Positions 1 to 61,548 of a DNA stretch of 64,000 nt are shown piece after piece. This stretch comes from the human T2T-CHM13v2.0 reference genome, Homo sapiens. A model generated the notes under the pieces. That model was not told the origin of the DNA and ran no database searches. It saw only the letters and a list, made by a program, of their open reading frames with translations. The position numbers were made by a program, and so were the translations under genes. Positions within the stretch are counted from its first letter, which is position 1. Each line of letters begins with the position of its first letter. Location: assembly GCF_009914755.1 (NCBI RefSeq), contig NC_060946.1. One strand, written 5' to 3'.

Positions 1-725
1 GAGGACCAGAACAACTCTGGCCTGGCCTCTTGCACCCCAGCAACCCACTGTGTGGGGGGCTGTTCTAACGAAGTCTGGGGCTCCCAGAGAACAGTTAGAA
101 AAGAAAGCAAGCCCAGACCGGCAGCCAGGAACCCTGGGTCACTGGAGGTTCTCTTTCCAATGGGGGGCATAGCCTGGCCAAGTCCCTCCTGCTCTTGGGG
201 TCCCTGCTTCCCTGTGTTAAATAAAAAGGGTTCAGATCTCATGAGTTTTACCCTCTAGGGTCGCTGAATGGACAGACTCTGGATCTATACACGCAAACTC
301 ATCTCCCCTAAACTCCTGGACCCTCTGTGAGAAGGGTTGGAGTGTGGTGGTCAGGACTGTGGGGACTGGCTTCAAAGTGCTGTAGTTTGAATCCTGGCTC
401 TTCCATCATTAACTGTATGACTTGGGAAAATGACTTATCCTCTTTGTCCCTCAGTGCTCATGTGGGCAAAATAGAGATGAAAATAGCTTGCAAGGCTGTT
501 GTCAGGATGGGCTGCAATCACGCGCGTGAAGTCTCTGCACATAGTAAATTCTCAATAAAGGCTGGTTAGAATGACAGTTTGGAATTGTGGCTTGGTTCCA
601 GCCCATTCTATCAGCCCAGCAATATTACAGCCTAACAATATTATTATTTTTTCCCAGAAAGAGACCTTGAAGCATCTATTCATTCAGGCATGCATTCAGT
701 ATTAACTGTGACCTACCAGGCACTA

Positions 726-746
726 TTCCAGGAACTGGGAATTTAC
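726..746 (+). promoter_or_regulatory. GAS/STAT element TTCCAGGAA with adjacent NF-kB-like GGGAATTTAC; second TTCCAGGAA at 1696-1704
   Basis: Motif match only (TTCN3GAA). Confidence 0.45.
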
Positions 747-814
747 AAAGCAAAGTAGTAGGCAAGGTCTCCACCTTTGTGCTTTACATGCCACTGTTGG
801 GGCTCAGAAAGTGA

Positions 815-1622
<808 letters not shown>

Positions 1623-1694
1623 TCACCCTTGGGAGGATGATCCTTTCCAATACAATCTCAGAAGTGCCTCTGGGCTGTAGTGGCCCTAGGCTGA

Positions 1695-2046
<352 letters not shown>

Positions 2047-2696
2047 TGAAAGCCATCTTAAAAAAAAAATCTTAGAATGAGAATCACAGTATTGGGAAAG
2101 GACTGTATGAATCATCTGGTCCATTCGTTTTGTCCTCTGGGTTCACCCAGTGACCCTATTTCCCCCGAGTTCTAAGGAGTCCACCTCATGCAGAATTGAT
2201 TCAATAGGCGATCAGCAAGGGCCAGCTCTGCTCTGGGCCCTGAGCAGGCACTGAGTATAAGTCAGACCTGAATGTGCCTGGAAGAGTGTCCCACGCATTC
2301 CAGCAGGGAAGCAGTTTGTATGACAGGTGTCCCAGTCCAGGCGGATACCAGGTGCTGCCAGAGTGTGGAGGAGGCAGGCGGGGACTTAGTCTCCTCCCTG
2401 GGTTTGGACACTGGCATCCTGCTTTATGTGTGACACCACTGCACCCCTCTGAGCCTCGGTTTCCCCATCTGTAAAATAGAAGCGATCTACCCTCACAGGT
2501 CAGTTGTAGGGATGAACCATGAAAATACTAGAGTCTCTGTTTTTTGACAGGAACTCAAAAAACAGATCCTAAATGTACATTTAAAGAGGGTGTGAGGAGG
2601 CAAGCAGTCAGCAGAGGATTCCAGCAGGTGACATTTTAGGGAGCTGGAGACAGCAGAGCCTGGGGTTGCTAAGTTCCTGATGTTGCCCACCAGGCT

Positions 2697-2697
2697 A
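2697..2697 (+). other. HMOX1: Position of the T(-413)A promoter SNP; A allele here
   Basis: Context CCAGGCT[A]TTGCTCTGAGC about 413 nt upstream of the TSS; identity recalled, not looked up. Confidence 0.75.
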
Positions 2698-2724
2698 TTG
2701 CTCTGAGCAGCGCTGCCTCCCAGC

Positions 2725-2739
2725 TTTCTGGAACCTTCT
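2725..2739 (+). promoter_or_regulatory. HMOX1: Heat-shock element (three inverted nGAAn units)
   Basis: tTTCtgGAAccTTCt fits nTTCnnGAAnnTTCn exactly. Confidence 0.8.
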
Positions 2740-2848
2740 GGGACGCCTGGGGTGCATCAAGTCCCAAGGGGACAGGGAGCAGAAGGGGGGGCTCTGGAAG
2801 GAGCAAAATCACACCCAGAGCCTGCAGCTTCTCAGATTTCCTTAAAGG

Positions 2849-2852
<4 letters not shown>

Positions 2853-2912
<60 letters not shown>
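2853..2912 (+). repeat. HMOX1: HMOX1 promoter (GT)n microsatellite, here (GT)15-AT-(GT)14
   Basis: Counted directly; about 200-260 nt upstream of the TSS; known length polymorphism. Confidence 0.97.
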
Positions 2913-2917
<5 letters not shown>

Positions 2918-3191
2918 CTAAAAGTCCTATGGCCAGACTTTGTTTCCCAAGGGTCATATGACTGCTCCTCTCCACCCCACACTGGCCCGGGGCGGGCTGG
3001 GCGCGGGCCCCTGCGGGTGTTGCAACGCCCGGCCAGAAAGTGGGCATCAGCTGTTCCGCCTGGCCCACGTGACCCGCCGAGCATAAATGTGACCGGCCGC
3101 GGCTCCGGCAGTCAACGCCTGCCTCCTCTCGAGCGTCCTCAGCGCAGCCGCCGCCCGCGGAGCCAGCACGAACGAGCCCAGCACCGGCCGG

Positions 3192-15617
<12,426 letters not shown>

Positions 15618-16078
15618 ATGCAGGCATGCTGGCTCCCAGGGCCATGAACTTTGTCCGGTGGAAGGCCTTCTTTCTAGAGAGGGAATTCTCTTGGCTGGCT
15701 TCCTTACCGTGGGCACTGAAGGCTTTCAGGGCCTCCAGCCCTCTCACTGTGTCCCTCTCTCTGGAAAGGAGGAAGGAGCCTATGGCATCTTCCCCAACGA
15801 AAAGCACATCCAGGCAATGGCCTAAACTTCAGAGGGGGCGAAGGGATCAGCCCTGCCCTTCAGCATCCTCAGTTCCTGCAGCAGAGCCTGGAAGACACCC
15901 TAATGTGGCAGCTGTCTCAAACCTCCAAAAGCCCTGAGTTTCAAGTATCCTTGTTGACACGGCCATGACCACTTTCCCCGTGGGCCATGGCAATTTTTAC
16001 ACAAACCTGAAAAGATGTTGTGTCTTGTGTTTTTGTCTTATTTTTGTTGGAGCCACTCTGTTCCTGGCTCAGCCTCAA

Positions 16079-16200
16079 ATGCAGTATTTTTGTTGTGTTC
16101 TGTTGTTTTTATAGCAGGGTTGGGGTGGTTTTTGAGCCATGCGTGGGTGGGGAGGGAGGTGTTTAACGGCACTGTGGCCTTGGTCTAACTTTTGTGTGAA
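16079..16200 (+). promoter_or_regulatory. HMOX1: 3'UTR miRNA 8mer seed matches: miR-217 (ATGCAGTA 16079-16086) and miR-377-3p (TGTGTGAA 16193-16200)
   Basis: Exact complements of the recalled seeds; both miRNAs are reported HO-1 regulators. Confidence 0.7.
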
Positions 16201-16202
16201 AT

Positions 16203-16208
16203 AATAAA
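16203..16208 (+). terminator. HMOX1: HMOX1 polyadenylation signal
   Basis: AATAAA about 590 nt after the stop, followed by a U/GU-rich stretch. Confidence 0.93.
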
Positions 16209-16227
16209 CAACATTGTCTGATAGTAG

Positions 16228-21870
<5,643 letters not shown>

Positions 21871-21879
21871 ACCACCTAA

Positions 21880-46249
<24,370 letters not shown>

Positions 46250-46471
46250 GTCGCGCCGCCTCACTGGACTCATGGACTCGCCCACGCCTCGCCCCTCCTG
46301 CCGCTGCCTGCCATTGACAATGTTGCTGGGACCTCTGCCTCCCCACTGCAGCCCTCGAACTTCCCAGGCACCCTCCTTTCTGCCCCAGAGGAAGGAGCTG
46401 TAGTGTCCTGCTGCCTCTGGGCGCCCGCCTCTAGCGCGGTTCTGGGAAGTGTGCTTTTGGCATCCGTTAAT

Positions 46472-46477
46472 AATAAA
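46472..46477 (+). terminator. MCM5: MCM5 polyadenylation signal
   Basis: AATAAA about 220 nt after the stop, GU-rich downstream. Confidence 0.92.
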
Positions 46478-49400
46478 GCCACGGTGTGTTCAGGTATCTG
46501 TGGGTTTGTGCACTCGGTGACCTGTCACCTCCATCGTGCCCTCATGGCAGGGTAAGTGTGAGGGAACAGGGTCTGGAGGCAGACTGGCCAGGGTTTCTGA
46601 CTTGGATCTGCCACTCAGACTTGTGGGTAAGTCACGTGACTTGAGTGCTCCGGTTTCTTCATCTGTTTAGCGGGGCTCATAAAGCCACTCCCTTGATGCT
46701 GGGAATCCAGTGAGACCAGGGAGTGGGGAAGCGCTTCTCAAAGTGTGTGATTTTGATCCGCCTCACCTGTTCCCCAGTAACTTATTGGGGGGCTGCGAGC
46801 CGTGGTGCGGCGGTCAGACTGCCTGGATTCATGGACCCTCTCCATGCCTTAGTTTCCTTATCTGTAAGCAGGCTGATACTAGAACCTGCTTCACAGGGTT
46901 GTGCTTAGGGTCAGTGAGCAGCTGTTAGTGAGGGGAATGTAGTGGCCACCAGGCAGGAACTAGGACTCCAGCCAGTTCTTTCCTGGTGGGCCACGTGTAA
47001 CTGTGTGGCCTTGGGCGAGACATTTCACTTTTCTGTGCCTGAGTTTATCAGTAAACTGGAGATGGGGGGATTCCTCACCCTGAGTTGTGAGGATTGAATG
47101 ACAGAAGGCACTAGTGACAGTGATGCTGGAGGAAGGAGTGTTGCCAAGTGCCTCGGTCACTTTGCCTAATTTCAGAAAGTCACTCTGAGTTGGTATGTTT
47201 TGTGTTTTTAAAAAAGCTAGGATTCATAAAATTAAATAGAAATCAGTGAAATAAAATATTTGATATTTAAAATACATTTAGAAATACAAAGTGTCAAGCA
47301 AAACGTGAATTTGGAAATCTATGGAACATTAGATAAGGTATTTAAAAGTAATTGCCATGTAAAAATGACATGAACTTGAAGTAAGATTATTTGATTTTTC
47401 TAAAAATACAAGAAAGCTTGGTGCATCCGCCTGGTCATTGTTGAATCACAAATGTATTTTTGTGCAGAAGATTCCTGCAGCTCAAAGCCCTTTCTGATTC
47501 CATACTGTTCGGGGAAATGGAGAGATGAGAGGAGCTAAATCAGCTTTCCTCTGACTCACTCCCGTTCAAAGCTCATTTCTTTTCTGATAATTTTGAGAGT
47601 GTCTGGAACAGCTTTTGTTTTCTTGGTGGGGTGGCAACCTTACTGGGCGCGCTGTGGGTTTTGCATCCAAGGCTGCATCTCCGGTTCCTGCTAGCCTTTC
47701 ATCTTGCTCAGGTGGGGACTCGCGTGCATCTCAGGCCCAAGGTCCTCCCGTCCTGCTTGTTCATGGAGTGTGGAACTCTCATGAGGTTCACCCTGCAGTG
47801 GCAACTTTGCTGGTGGCCTTTTCTCCACCCCTGTGGTGGGTGGTGCTGCTGTGGTCACCTCTGTTTTACAGGTGGAGAAACTGAGGCTCAGAGAGTCAAG
47901 TGTCACAGTGAGGGAGTGCAGGGCAGGCTTCAAACCTGGTGGCTCCGAACTCCACCCATGTCACCTTTTCTGCCAGATTCTCTCTTGGCAGTCCCTGACC
48001 TCGGCCTGAGTGGGATGCTGGGCAGAGACAGTCCTGGCCTGGGGGAGGCAGGTGCCAGTCAGGTGGGGGAGACTGACCCTGGGGTAGGTTCCCAGGGGTA
48101 GGTGGCCTGACTGGCAGGCACAGGACTGAGAGGCCAAAGGGGGTCCGACTGGCTTTTCCGTGGTAGTTGGGGTAGGGCTCATAGGAGGAGCAGCTGTGCT
48201 CAGAGCATGCCAGTCTCCTTCCAGATCGGGGCAGCAGCATGAAGAGAGGCCCCTGAGCCAGGGAAACACCTGCTTGTTGGGGAAAGCAAAGGCTGAGGAG
48301 AGAGCCTGAAGGGAGGCCAGGAGAGGGGAGCATTCAGGCTGAGTAATAGTTGGGGCTCGGCTTAGTGGAATCTCCAGTCAGGCCTCAGTGACACCTAGAG
48401 AGGCAGGGAGGTGGGGCAAGCGGGGGAGCTGGATTCCCGAGCTGGTGCTGCCACTCAGGGTGGCTGAGCTCTTCACTCACCTGTGACCTGGCTCCCTTAG
48501 GCTTGTCTTCTCAGATCTGTCCCTACCCTCACCAGCTACAGGCCGCGACCCAGCGGACATTTCTCTCTGCTGAGCAAATCACTTCACCCCTCAGCCTCCT
48601 TTCATCTGTAGAAAGGGCACAGCAGTACAGTAGCCCTTTCACCCAGGGGTGGCTGTGAGGATTAACTGAGGGGGTAGACATCAGAGCAGCTGGGCCTGGC
48701 CCCGGGGAGGTGCTCCCAGGAAGGGCTGGGTGCCTGTGGTTTTCCCTGCCTCACAGCCTCTGCCATCTCGGATTTCACCTTTTCATGCTTTTGTGTGAGC
48801 AGAGGCCGAGCCTCTGCTGCTGTGTTCCCTGCCCCACTCTACTCCTGGCTGCATGGGTCTCTCAACTTCGCTCACCACTATGAGAGCCGCTCCACCCCTT
48901 CTCCAGTTCCAGGTCTGGGAAGGAGAGAGCAGACAAGCTTGCTCATGATGGAGTCCTTTTACCTGGTTTCTCTCTCTGTTCACAGATACCACCTCTGTTG
49001 ATCTGGGAACTAAGACCATGTTGCTTGTCCTTAGTCACATATGACTTAATTTGCACCCATTGTGGGCCACTGGTGTCAGACAGGAAGCCTAAGCGCAGGT
49101 ATCACTGAGGAGGATACACATGCTAACTACACGATCTTCACCAGACCTGTGAGCTTCCAGCCACCAGATCCAAAGTCACAGAGCACAGGGACTTACAAAC
49201 CCAGTGCTGGAAAACATAGCAAAGGCTATATCCAATTTAGGTTTCTCTTTATTGGAAACAAAGATGGCCCATACTTCAAATATGTTATTTAGAGAATGCT
49301 TATAAAGAGCAGCCTAAAATCCCATTCTCTTGCCTGTAAGCAACAAAATTACAAAAATGTTGAATTTCTAAAATGCGAAAGTTAAGCATTCCAGAGACCA

Positions 49401-49544
49401 GCTCATGGAAGAAGGTTTTATGTTTTTGGGTGTTGTAACTATTATCCATATGTATTTAAACATGAATACGTCTGTTTGGTATTTAACACATTTTTTTTTT
49501 TTTTGGCTTTCAAGGCCTTTATTTTTTTATTTTTATTTTTTTCC

Positions 49545-49706
49545 CTTTTTTAATTTATTATACTTGTTTTTGGGGTACATGTGCAGAACGTAAAGTTTTG
49601 TTACATGGGTATACACATGCCATGGTGGTTTGCTGCACCCATCAACCCGTCATCTACATTAGGTATTTCTTCTAATGTTATCCCTCCCTAGCCCCCCACC
49701 CCCCAC
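49545..49706 (-). mobile_element. 5'-truncated primate L1PA 3' end
   Basis: gggtacatgtgcagaacg...catggtggtttgctgcacccatcaacccgtcatctacattaggtat after a T-rich tail. Confidence 0.9.
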
Positions 49707-49886
49707 AAATGTTTAATTAGGAGTGTCAAGTCTGGATGAACCAAGGTAGATATTTATTTTAAGACATTATGGTGAGGCCAAAGAGTACATTAAAATGGTT
49801 TTAATTTGTTTTTATAGATCAAAAACAAGCATTTTTTATTAAAAATATGAGGCAGTAAAGCACAGTGGTTAAGAACATGGACTTGG

Positions 49887-55232
<5,346 letters not shown>

Positions 55233-57733
55233 CCTTGATTCCCTTTGCATGATAGAACTTCAACCCTTGGAGCCCCAGAGGATCCAGGCAGTATCAAGTC
55301 ACCATCCATGTTATAGATGAGACCATGTATAACATCACCATCTTTAACACCACCATCCAGCCTTCAGATGAGATCACAGCCCTGACTGCAACCTCTCTGA
55401 CCACAGCTCAGAGAGGGCATGTGGCATGCTCACAAACAGTCTGTTAGGGGCTTCCCCTGGGTCAGAACTCAGACCCCTCGGCTCTTAGTCCAATGCTCCT
55501 CTCCTAACCCAGGTTGCCTTTGGGGACCTTGGGGGGGTCTCTCATTTCATTGGGAATGCCTAATGGCATTGGTTGCCACGTGTTGCCATTGTTGGTGTAT
55601 GTAAGTCGCTCTTCTGTCCTCATATCCCCACTCTGTCGTCCTGCCCCTTCTTGGGGGTGGATCCTGCAGGAGAGGGGGAAGCAGCCAAGCAAGGCTTCAT
55701 TTCTACTTTTCCATCTGCAGGACCCAGGGCTGGGCACATTTGGTGCAACAGGCTGGAAATATTCTCCCCTACCCCACCCTCCCCATCCCTCCTCAGAGGC
55801 ACTGGGCTGGGGACTGGAGCCTGTGGTGAGGTCCTTCCCCTCAAGCCCTGTCGGGGGCAGCCACTAAATGGCCCCAAGATCCCATGGACTCAAGGGATTC
55901 CATGTGGCATCCCTTCCCGTGCTGCAGAGGCTGGGAAACTTAACCACATTTCCAGACTCTCTTGCAGCTAGTGTTTCTGATGGCATGGAAATCCTGCCAT
56001 TGAATGCAAACGCACAAGACTAGAATTTGGAACTGAGTTTCGTGGGGAGAGAGGCAGGGCATGGAGCATCCAAGCATCCATTTTGCTGTGTGGATGGTGG
56101 TAGAGTGCAGGCCTAATGCTGGAGCTGGCAGTTGTAATGGTGGCTTCTGAATTCCACAGCTTCTTGATGGAGGCAGGAGCCCTGGCATCTTAGCCCAGTT
56201 CAGCAGCGTTTTAGGCAGCTTTCCTGGATGCTCAGACACTTAGTAATAATATGCTTGAAAAAAAAAAGCCCTTTTTTTCCCTACTAGCTGGAATGGATTC
56301 CGTTGTCTGTCACTGAACCCTGATGATACATCTTCTACACACTGTGTGGGACAAGGCCCCATGGAAGTCCCAAGTCAGTAACCTGAACTCCCCACCCTCT
56401 CTGCCAAGAAAGAGCTTTTTTCTCTCAGTATCCATTTATCGGTCCCAGGGGAGCTCTCTGATTGGCTGTGCTTGGGCCAGTCATTATCTCCTGGACCAAT
56501 CACAGTGGCCAGAGAGATGAGATGCCAAGATCAATTGGTCAGGTCCAGATCATTTCCTGCTTTTGTGACCAGGCGGGAAAGGGCCTATCTCCAGAAGTGG
56601 GATGAGAAAGCTTGGGCATTCCTACCACAGCCTGTCTGACAACACCTTTACCCCACAAGGAGGAACTATTAGTGAATGCCACACGGGACACTGCTGTAAT
56701 GAAACACTGAGGACAGGAGATTATGACAAGAGTCCCACAGTTCCTGCTCATGGGTGATCATGCCTGTTCACCACTAATAGCCTGGGAAGGACGCACAACT
56801 GTCCCCATCTTTACCCCGACAATGCTTTGGGTGGGAGGGGGAAACTGAGGCACAGAGGAATGAGGAGGCAGGGCGTGGTGGCTCACGCCTGTAATCCCAG
56901 CACTTTGGAAGGTCGAGGTGGGTGGATCACTTGAGGTCAGGAGTTCAAGACCAGCCTGGCCAACGTGGCAAAACCCCATCTCTACTAAAATACAAAAATT
57001 AGCTGGGTATGGTGGCAGGTGCCTGTAGTCCCAGTTACTCAGGAGGCTGAGGCAGGAGAATTGCTTGAACCCAGGAGGTGGAGGTTGCAGTGAGCTGGGA
57101 TAGCACCACTACACTCCAGCCTGGGCGACAGAGCAAGACTCCATCTCAAACAAACAAAAAGGAATGAGGAGGAGGCTGGGAGGCAGGGAGAGAGATGGGA
57201 GTTTGAATCCAGGCCTCCCAATTTGCTGTGCATTGCTGGACCTGGAGGCAGACAGACCTGAGCTGTGTGTGACCCTGGTGAGGACCTCTGTCTCAGAACC
57301 CCAGGGGTCCAGTGTGCAGAGTGACAATGACCCTGGCTGTCTCTCAGGGCCGCGGTGGGGCCTCGATGGGGACTTGGTGGGACAGCATGTGCATGTGTGA
57401 AGACACCAGAGGCTCCTCCTGGTGCTGGTGGGACTTGATTCCTCAGGGAGGGGAGGAAGAAGGTGGTGGCCACCGGGCCTTTCAGTGAGGAGGCTTCTGC
57501 AGAACAACTCCCCCGTTGCTATGGTGACCAGACTCTCGGGGAGTCTGGCTTATTTTTGAACTTGGTCTACACAGCAGCAGCTTTGTTCCCGGGTCTTCCT
57601 GCTGCAGCCTTTGTCCTGTGGGCTTGTCGCCTGAAGCCTTGGCACAGTGGGTCTGAGTGGGACACAACCCTGGCCAGGAGGGGCAGGCAGAGGGAGGGGG
57701 AGACCCAGTAGGCACCCCCTGCCAGCCTCCCTA

Positions 57734-58361
<628 letters not shown>

Positions 58362-59189
58362 CTACCTCCACACGCTGTTACATGTGACAGCATCCAGGCT
58401 TGGAGTTCAGCCCCTTCCTCAGTTTCCACCAAAGCCCTCTCTTATGTGCAAGGCTTTATTGAAAGCTGGGCAGAAGGGGCACCTGGGGGCTTCACGTTTT
58501 CTATGAGGGGGCCCTGCTGTTTCTACTCCTTTGCCAGCGCCCACTGCACCCTGCACATCTCATGGGCCGGGGCTTCTGGCCTTTTTCCATCTCCCTGGCT
58601 TCGTGCCCTCTCCCCCTCAATTCCCCCCTTCACTCTTGTGCAGAGCTGCTCAGCTCTCCCCAGCCCTGGCTTTCTGCCCCTGCATCACCTTCCCATGTCC
58701 AAACCCATTGGGGCAGGGCCACAGGCCATTCTGGGTCAGGACCCTGTCCTAGGAAGGCAGCCTGGCTGTAATCATATCCCCACCCGACCTTCACAAACAA
58801 ATGAGAAGGGGCTGGCAAAGTGCCCTTGGGATTATGGGGTGGGTAGAAAAGACGTTTATCTGTGGGCCTAGAAACCCAAGCTTTGCCAGGGGGAGAGTCA
58901 GTTCGCAGATGAGGATGGAAGGGTGACTTCACAAAGCCAGATGGAGAGGGGTCCCAAGACTCAGCCTCGCGTCACTAGGGCCACCTCCTTCAGAGGACAT
59001 GAGGAGGCCATTGGCCTGGATCCTCCAGAAATTTCTCTGAACACAGCCACAAACTTCTGACTTCTGGGCAGGTGATCAGTTGACACCTGCATGCAGAACA
59101 GCCCCAGGAGGATGCTGGGCTCTCCTCCCCTCCCCCTTACAGGAAGTCCCCATGGCTGGGAATTGACCAGGGCTTAGGCCTAGGGAATG

Positions 59190-59880
59190 GGCAGTGCCCC
59201 GAACATACTGGGTTTCTTTGGTCATGTGACCTGGACTGGCCAATCAGAATGCCCCATCCCCTGGCCTAAGGATTGGCTCCTGGTGGGCAGGTGACTCAGG
59301 CTGGGCCAATCAGTCTTTGAGATTTGATTCATGGACACCAAAAGAGAGAGGTTCTCTCACTTTCTACAGGATTGTGGGGTGGCATAACAAGAGTTGGGTG
59401 GGCCAGCAGCCATCATCATGCCATGTAGACAGAGCCTACGTGGGAATGAAACTGATACACTGAGGAAACAGCTGAGAGATGGAATGACAGCCTTGAGAAT
59501 CTTTGAACCCCTGGATCCAGCTAAGCCTGAAGGCAGTTCTGCTTTGTGAATTTCTTTGTATGTCTGCAAATAGATTTCCTTTCAGTTAGGGTGGGTCGGG
59601 CTCCTGACCTTGTAACTGAAAGGTTCCTGACTATCAGAGAGGAGATGAAAGAGGGAAAGAAGACGGGTTACAGAAAGGGCCATACCTAGCCATGAGTCGG
59701 GGTGTCACAACTGAGGCCCTGGGGACCTTTTAGTCCCTTATCTCCAAATCTGACCAATTGTGAGAGTCACCTGGGTAGCCTGTTAAAAACTGATGCTGGT
59801 TTAATGGGTCTGAGGCCTGGGCATCTGCATTTTCACAAGCTTCCCAGAGGATTCTGATACCAGCCAGGTTGGAAAGTGTC
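59190..59880. mobile_element. Ancient ERVL/MaLR LTR remnant (LTR16-like, about 59190-59620) followed by a MER5-like element (about 59740-59880)
   Basis: ggtcatgtgacc..ggccaatcag motifs; ctgcattttcacaagcttcccagaggattctgat; family recalled by eye. Confidence 0.55.
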
Positions 59881-60185
59881 AATCTAGTCCTATTTTTTCA
59901 CATTTTAGTGAGGGAGACAGGCCCAGAGGAGAAGGGGAGTGACTAGTCCCAGGACACACAGCAAGTTAGTGGTAATGTTTGGCCTGTCGTTTCCCCTTGT
60001 CCTCTTCATCTCCCTATTCACCAGGCGAGGGCAAGGAAGGGAAAGGGTAAAGATCTTCCAGGCAGAAGGACCCAGGCACGGACCATTGTCTCTTAGGAAA
60101 CCCCATCCCTACCTTTCAGACAGATGCCAAAGGGGTATGTGTAAATAACCCTGCTCTTAGCCTGGGAACTGCTGCTTGTCTGACT

Positions 60186-61548
60186 TCCATCCATTCATCC
60201 ATCCACCCACATGCATATCCATCTATCCACCCACCCACCCACATATTCATCCACCCACCCACCCACCCACATATTCATCCGTCCATCCACCCACTCACCT
60301 ATTCATCCGTTCATCCGTCCATCTATCCATCCATCCATCCATCCATCCATCCACTCACCCACCCACATATTTATCCATCCATTCATCCATCCATCCATCC
60401 ACCCACCCACATATTCATCCATCCATCCATCCATCCACATATTCATCCATCCATCCACATATTCATCCATCCATCCACATATCCATCCATCCATCCATCC
60501 ATCCATCCATCCATCCATCCATCCATCTATGCATCCATCCATCTACATATTCATCCATCCATCCACTCACATATTCATCCATCCATCCATCCATCCATCC
60601 ATCCATCCATCCATGCATCCACCCACCCACATATTCATCCATCCATCCACCCACATATTCATCCATCCATCCACCCACATATTCATCCATCCATCCATCC
60701 GTCCATCCACATATTCACCCATCCATTCATCCATCCACCCACCCACATATTCATCCATCCATCCATCCATCCATCCACATATTCATCCATTCACCCATCC
60801 ATTCATCCATCTACCCACCCACATATTCATCCATCCATCCATCCATCCATCCATCTGTCCATCCACATATTCATCCATTCACCCATCCACCCACATATCC
60901 ATCCATCCATCCATCCATCCATCCATCCATCCATCCATCCATCTACATATCCATCCATCCACTCACATATTCATCCATCCATCCATCCATTCATCCATCC
61001 ATGCATCCACCCACCCACATATTCATCCATCCATCTACCCACATATTCATCCATCCATCCATCTATCCACATATTCATCCATCCATTCATCCGTCCACCC
61101 ACCCACATATTCATCCATCCATCCATCCATCCATCCACATATTCATCCATTCACCCACCCACATATCCATCCATCCATCCACTCCCATATTCATCCATCC
61201 ATCCATTCATCCATCCACTCACCCGCCCATCCACCCACAAATTCATCCATCCATTCATCCATCCATCCAAATATTCATCCATCCATCCACCCACCCACAT
61301 ATTTATCCATCCAATCATCCATCCATCCATCTACCTGCATATTCATCCATCCAACCACCCACCCATCCATCCATCTACCCACATATTCATTCATCCATCC
61401 ATTCACCCACATATTCATCCATCTATCCATACATCCACCCACCCACCCACCCACATATTCATTCATCCATCCACCCACATATTCATCCATCCATCCACCC
61501 GCCCACATATTCATCCATTCATCCACCCACATGTCCATCCATCCATCC
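60186..61548 (+). repeat. 1.36-kb complex tetranucleotide array of CCAT/CCAC punctuated by ACATATTCAT
   Basis: Seen directly; + strand almost devoid of G. Confidence 0.97.

Noticed and set aside
15825-15842. CTCF-like TTCAGAGGGGGCGA in the HMOX1 3'UTR and similar partial matches near 33616, 41039 and 57710
   Set aside because: Too many mismatches in the 5' half of the motif to call without binding data.
60186-61548. Repeat-spacer pattern superficially like a CRISPR array
   Set aside because: Spacers are microsatellite rather than unique sequence, there are no cas genes, and the DNA is human.
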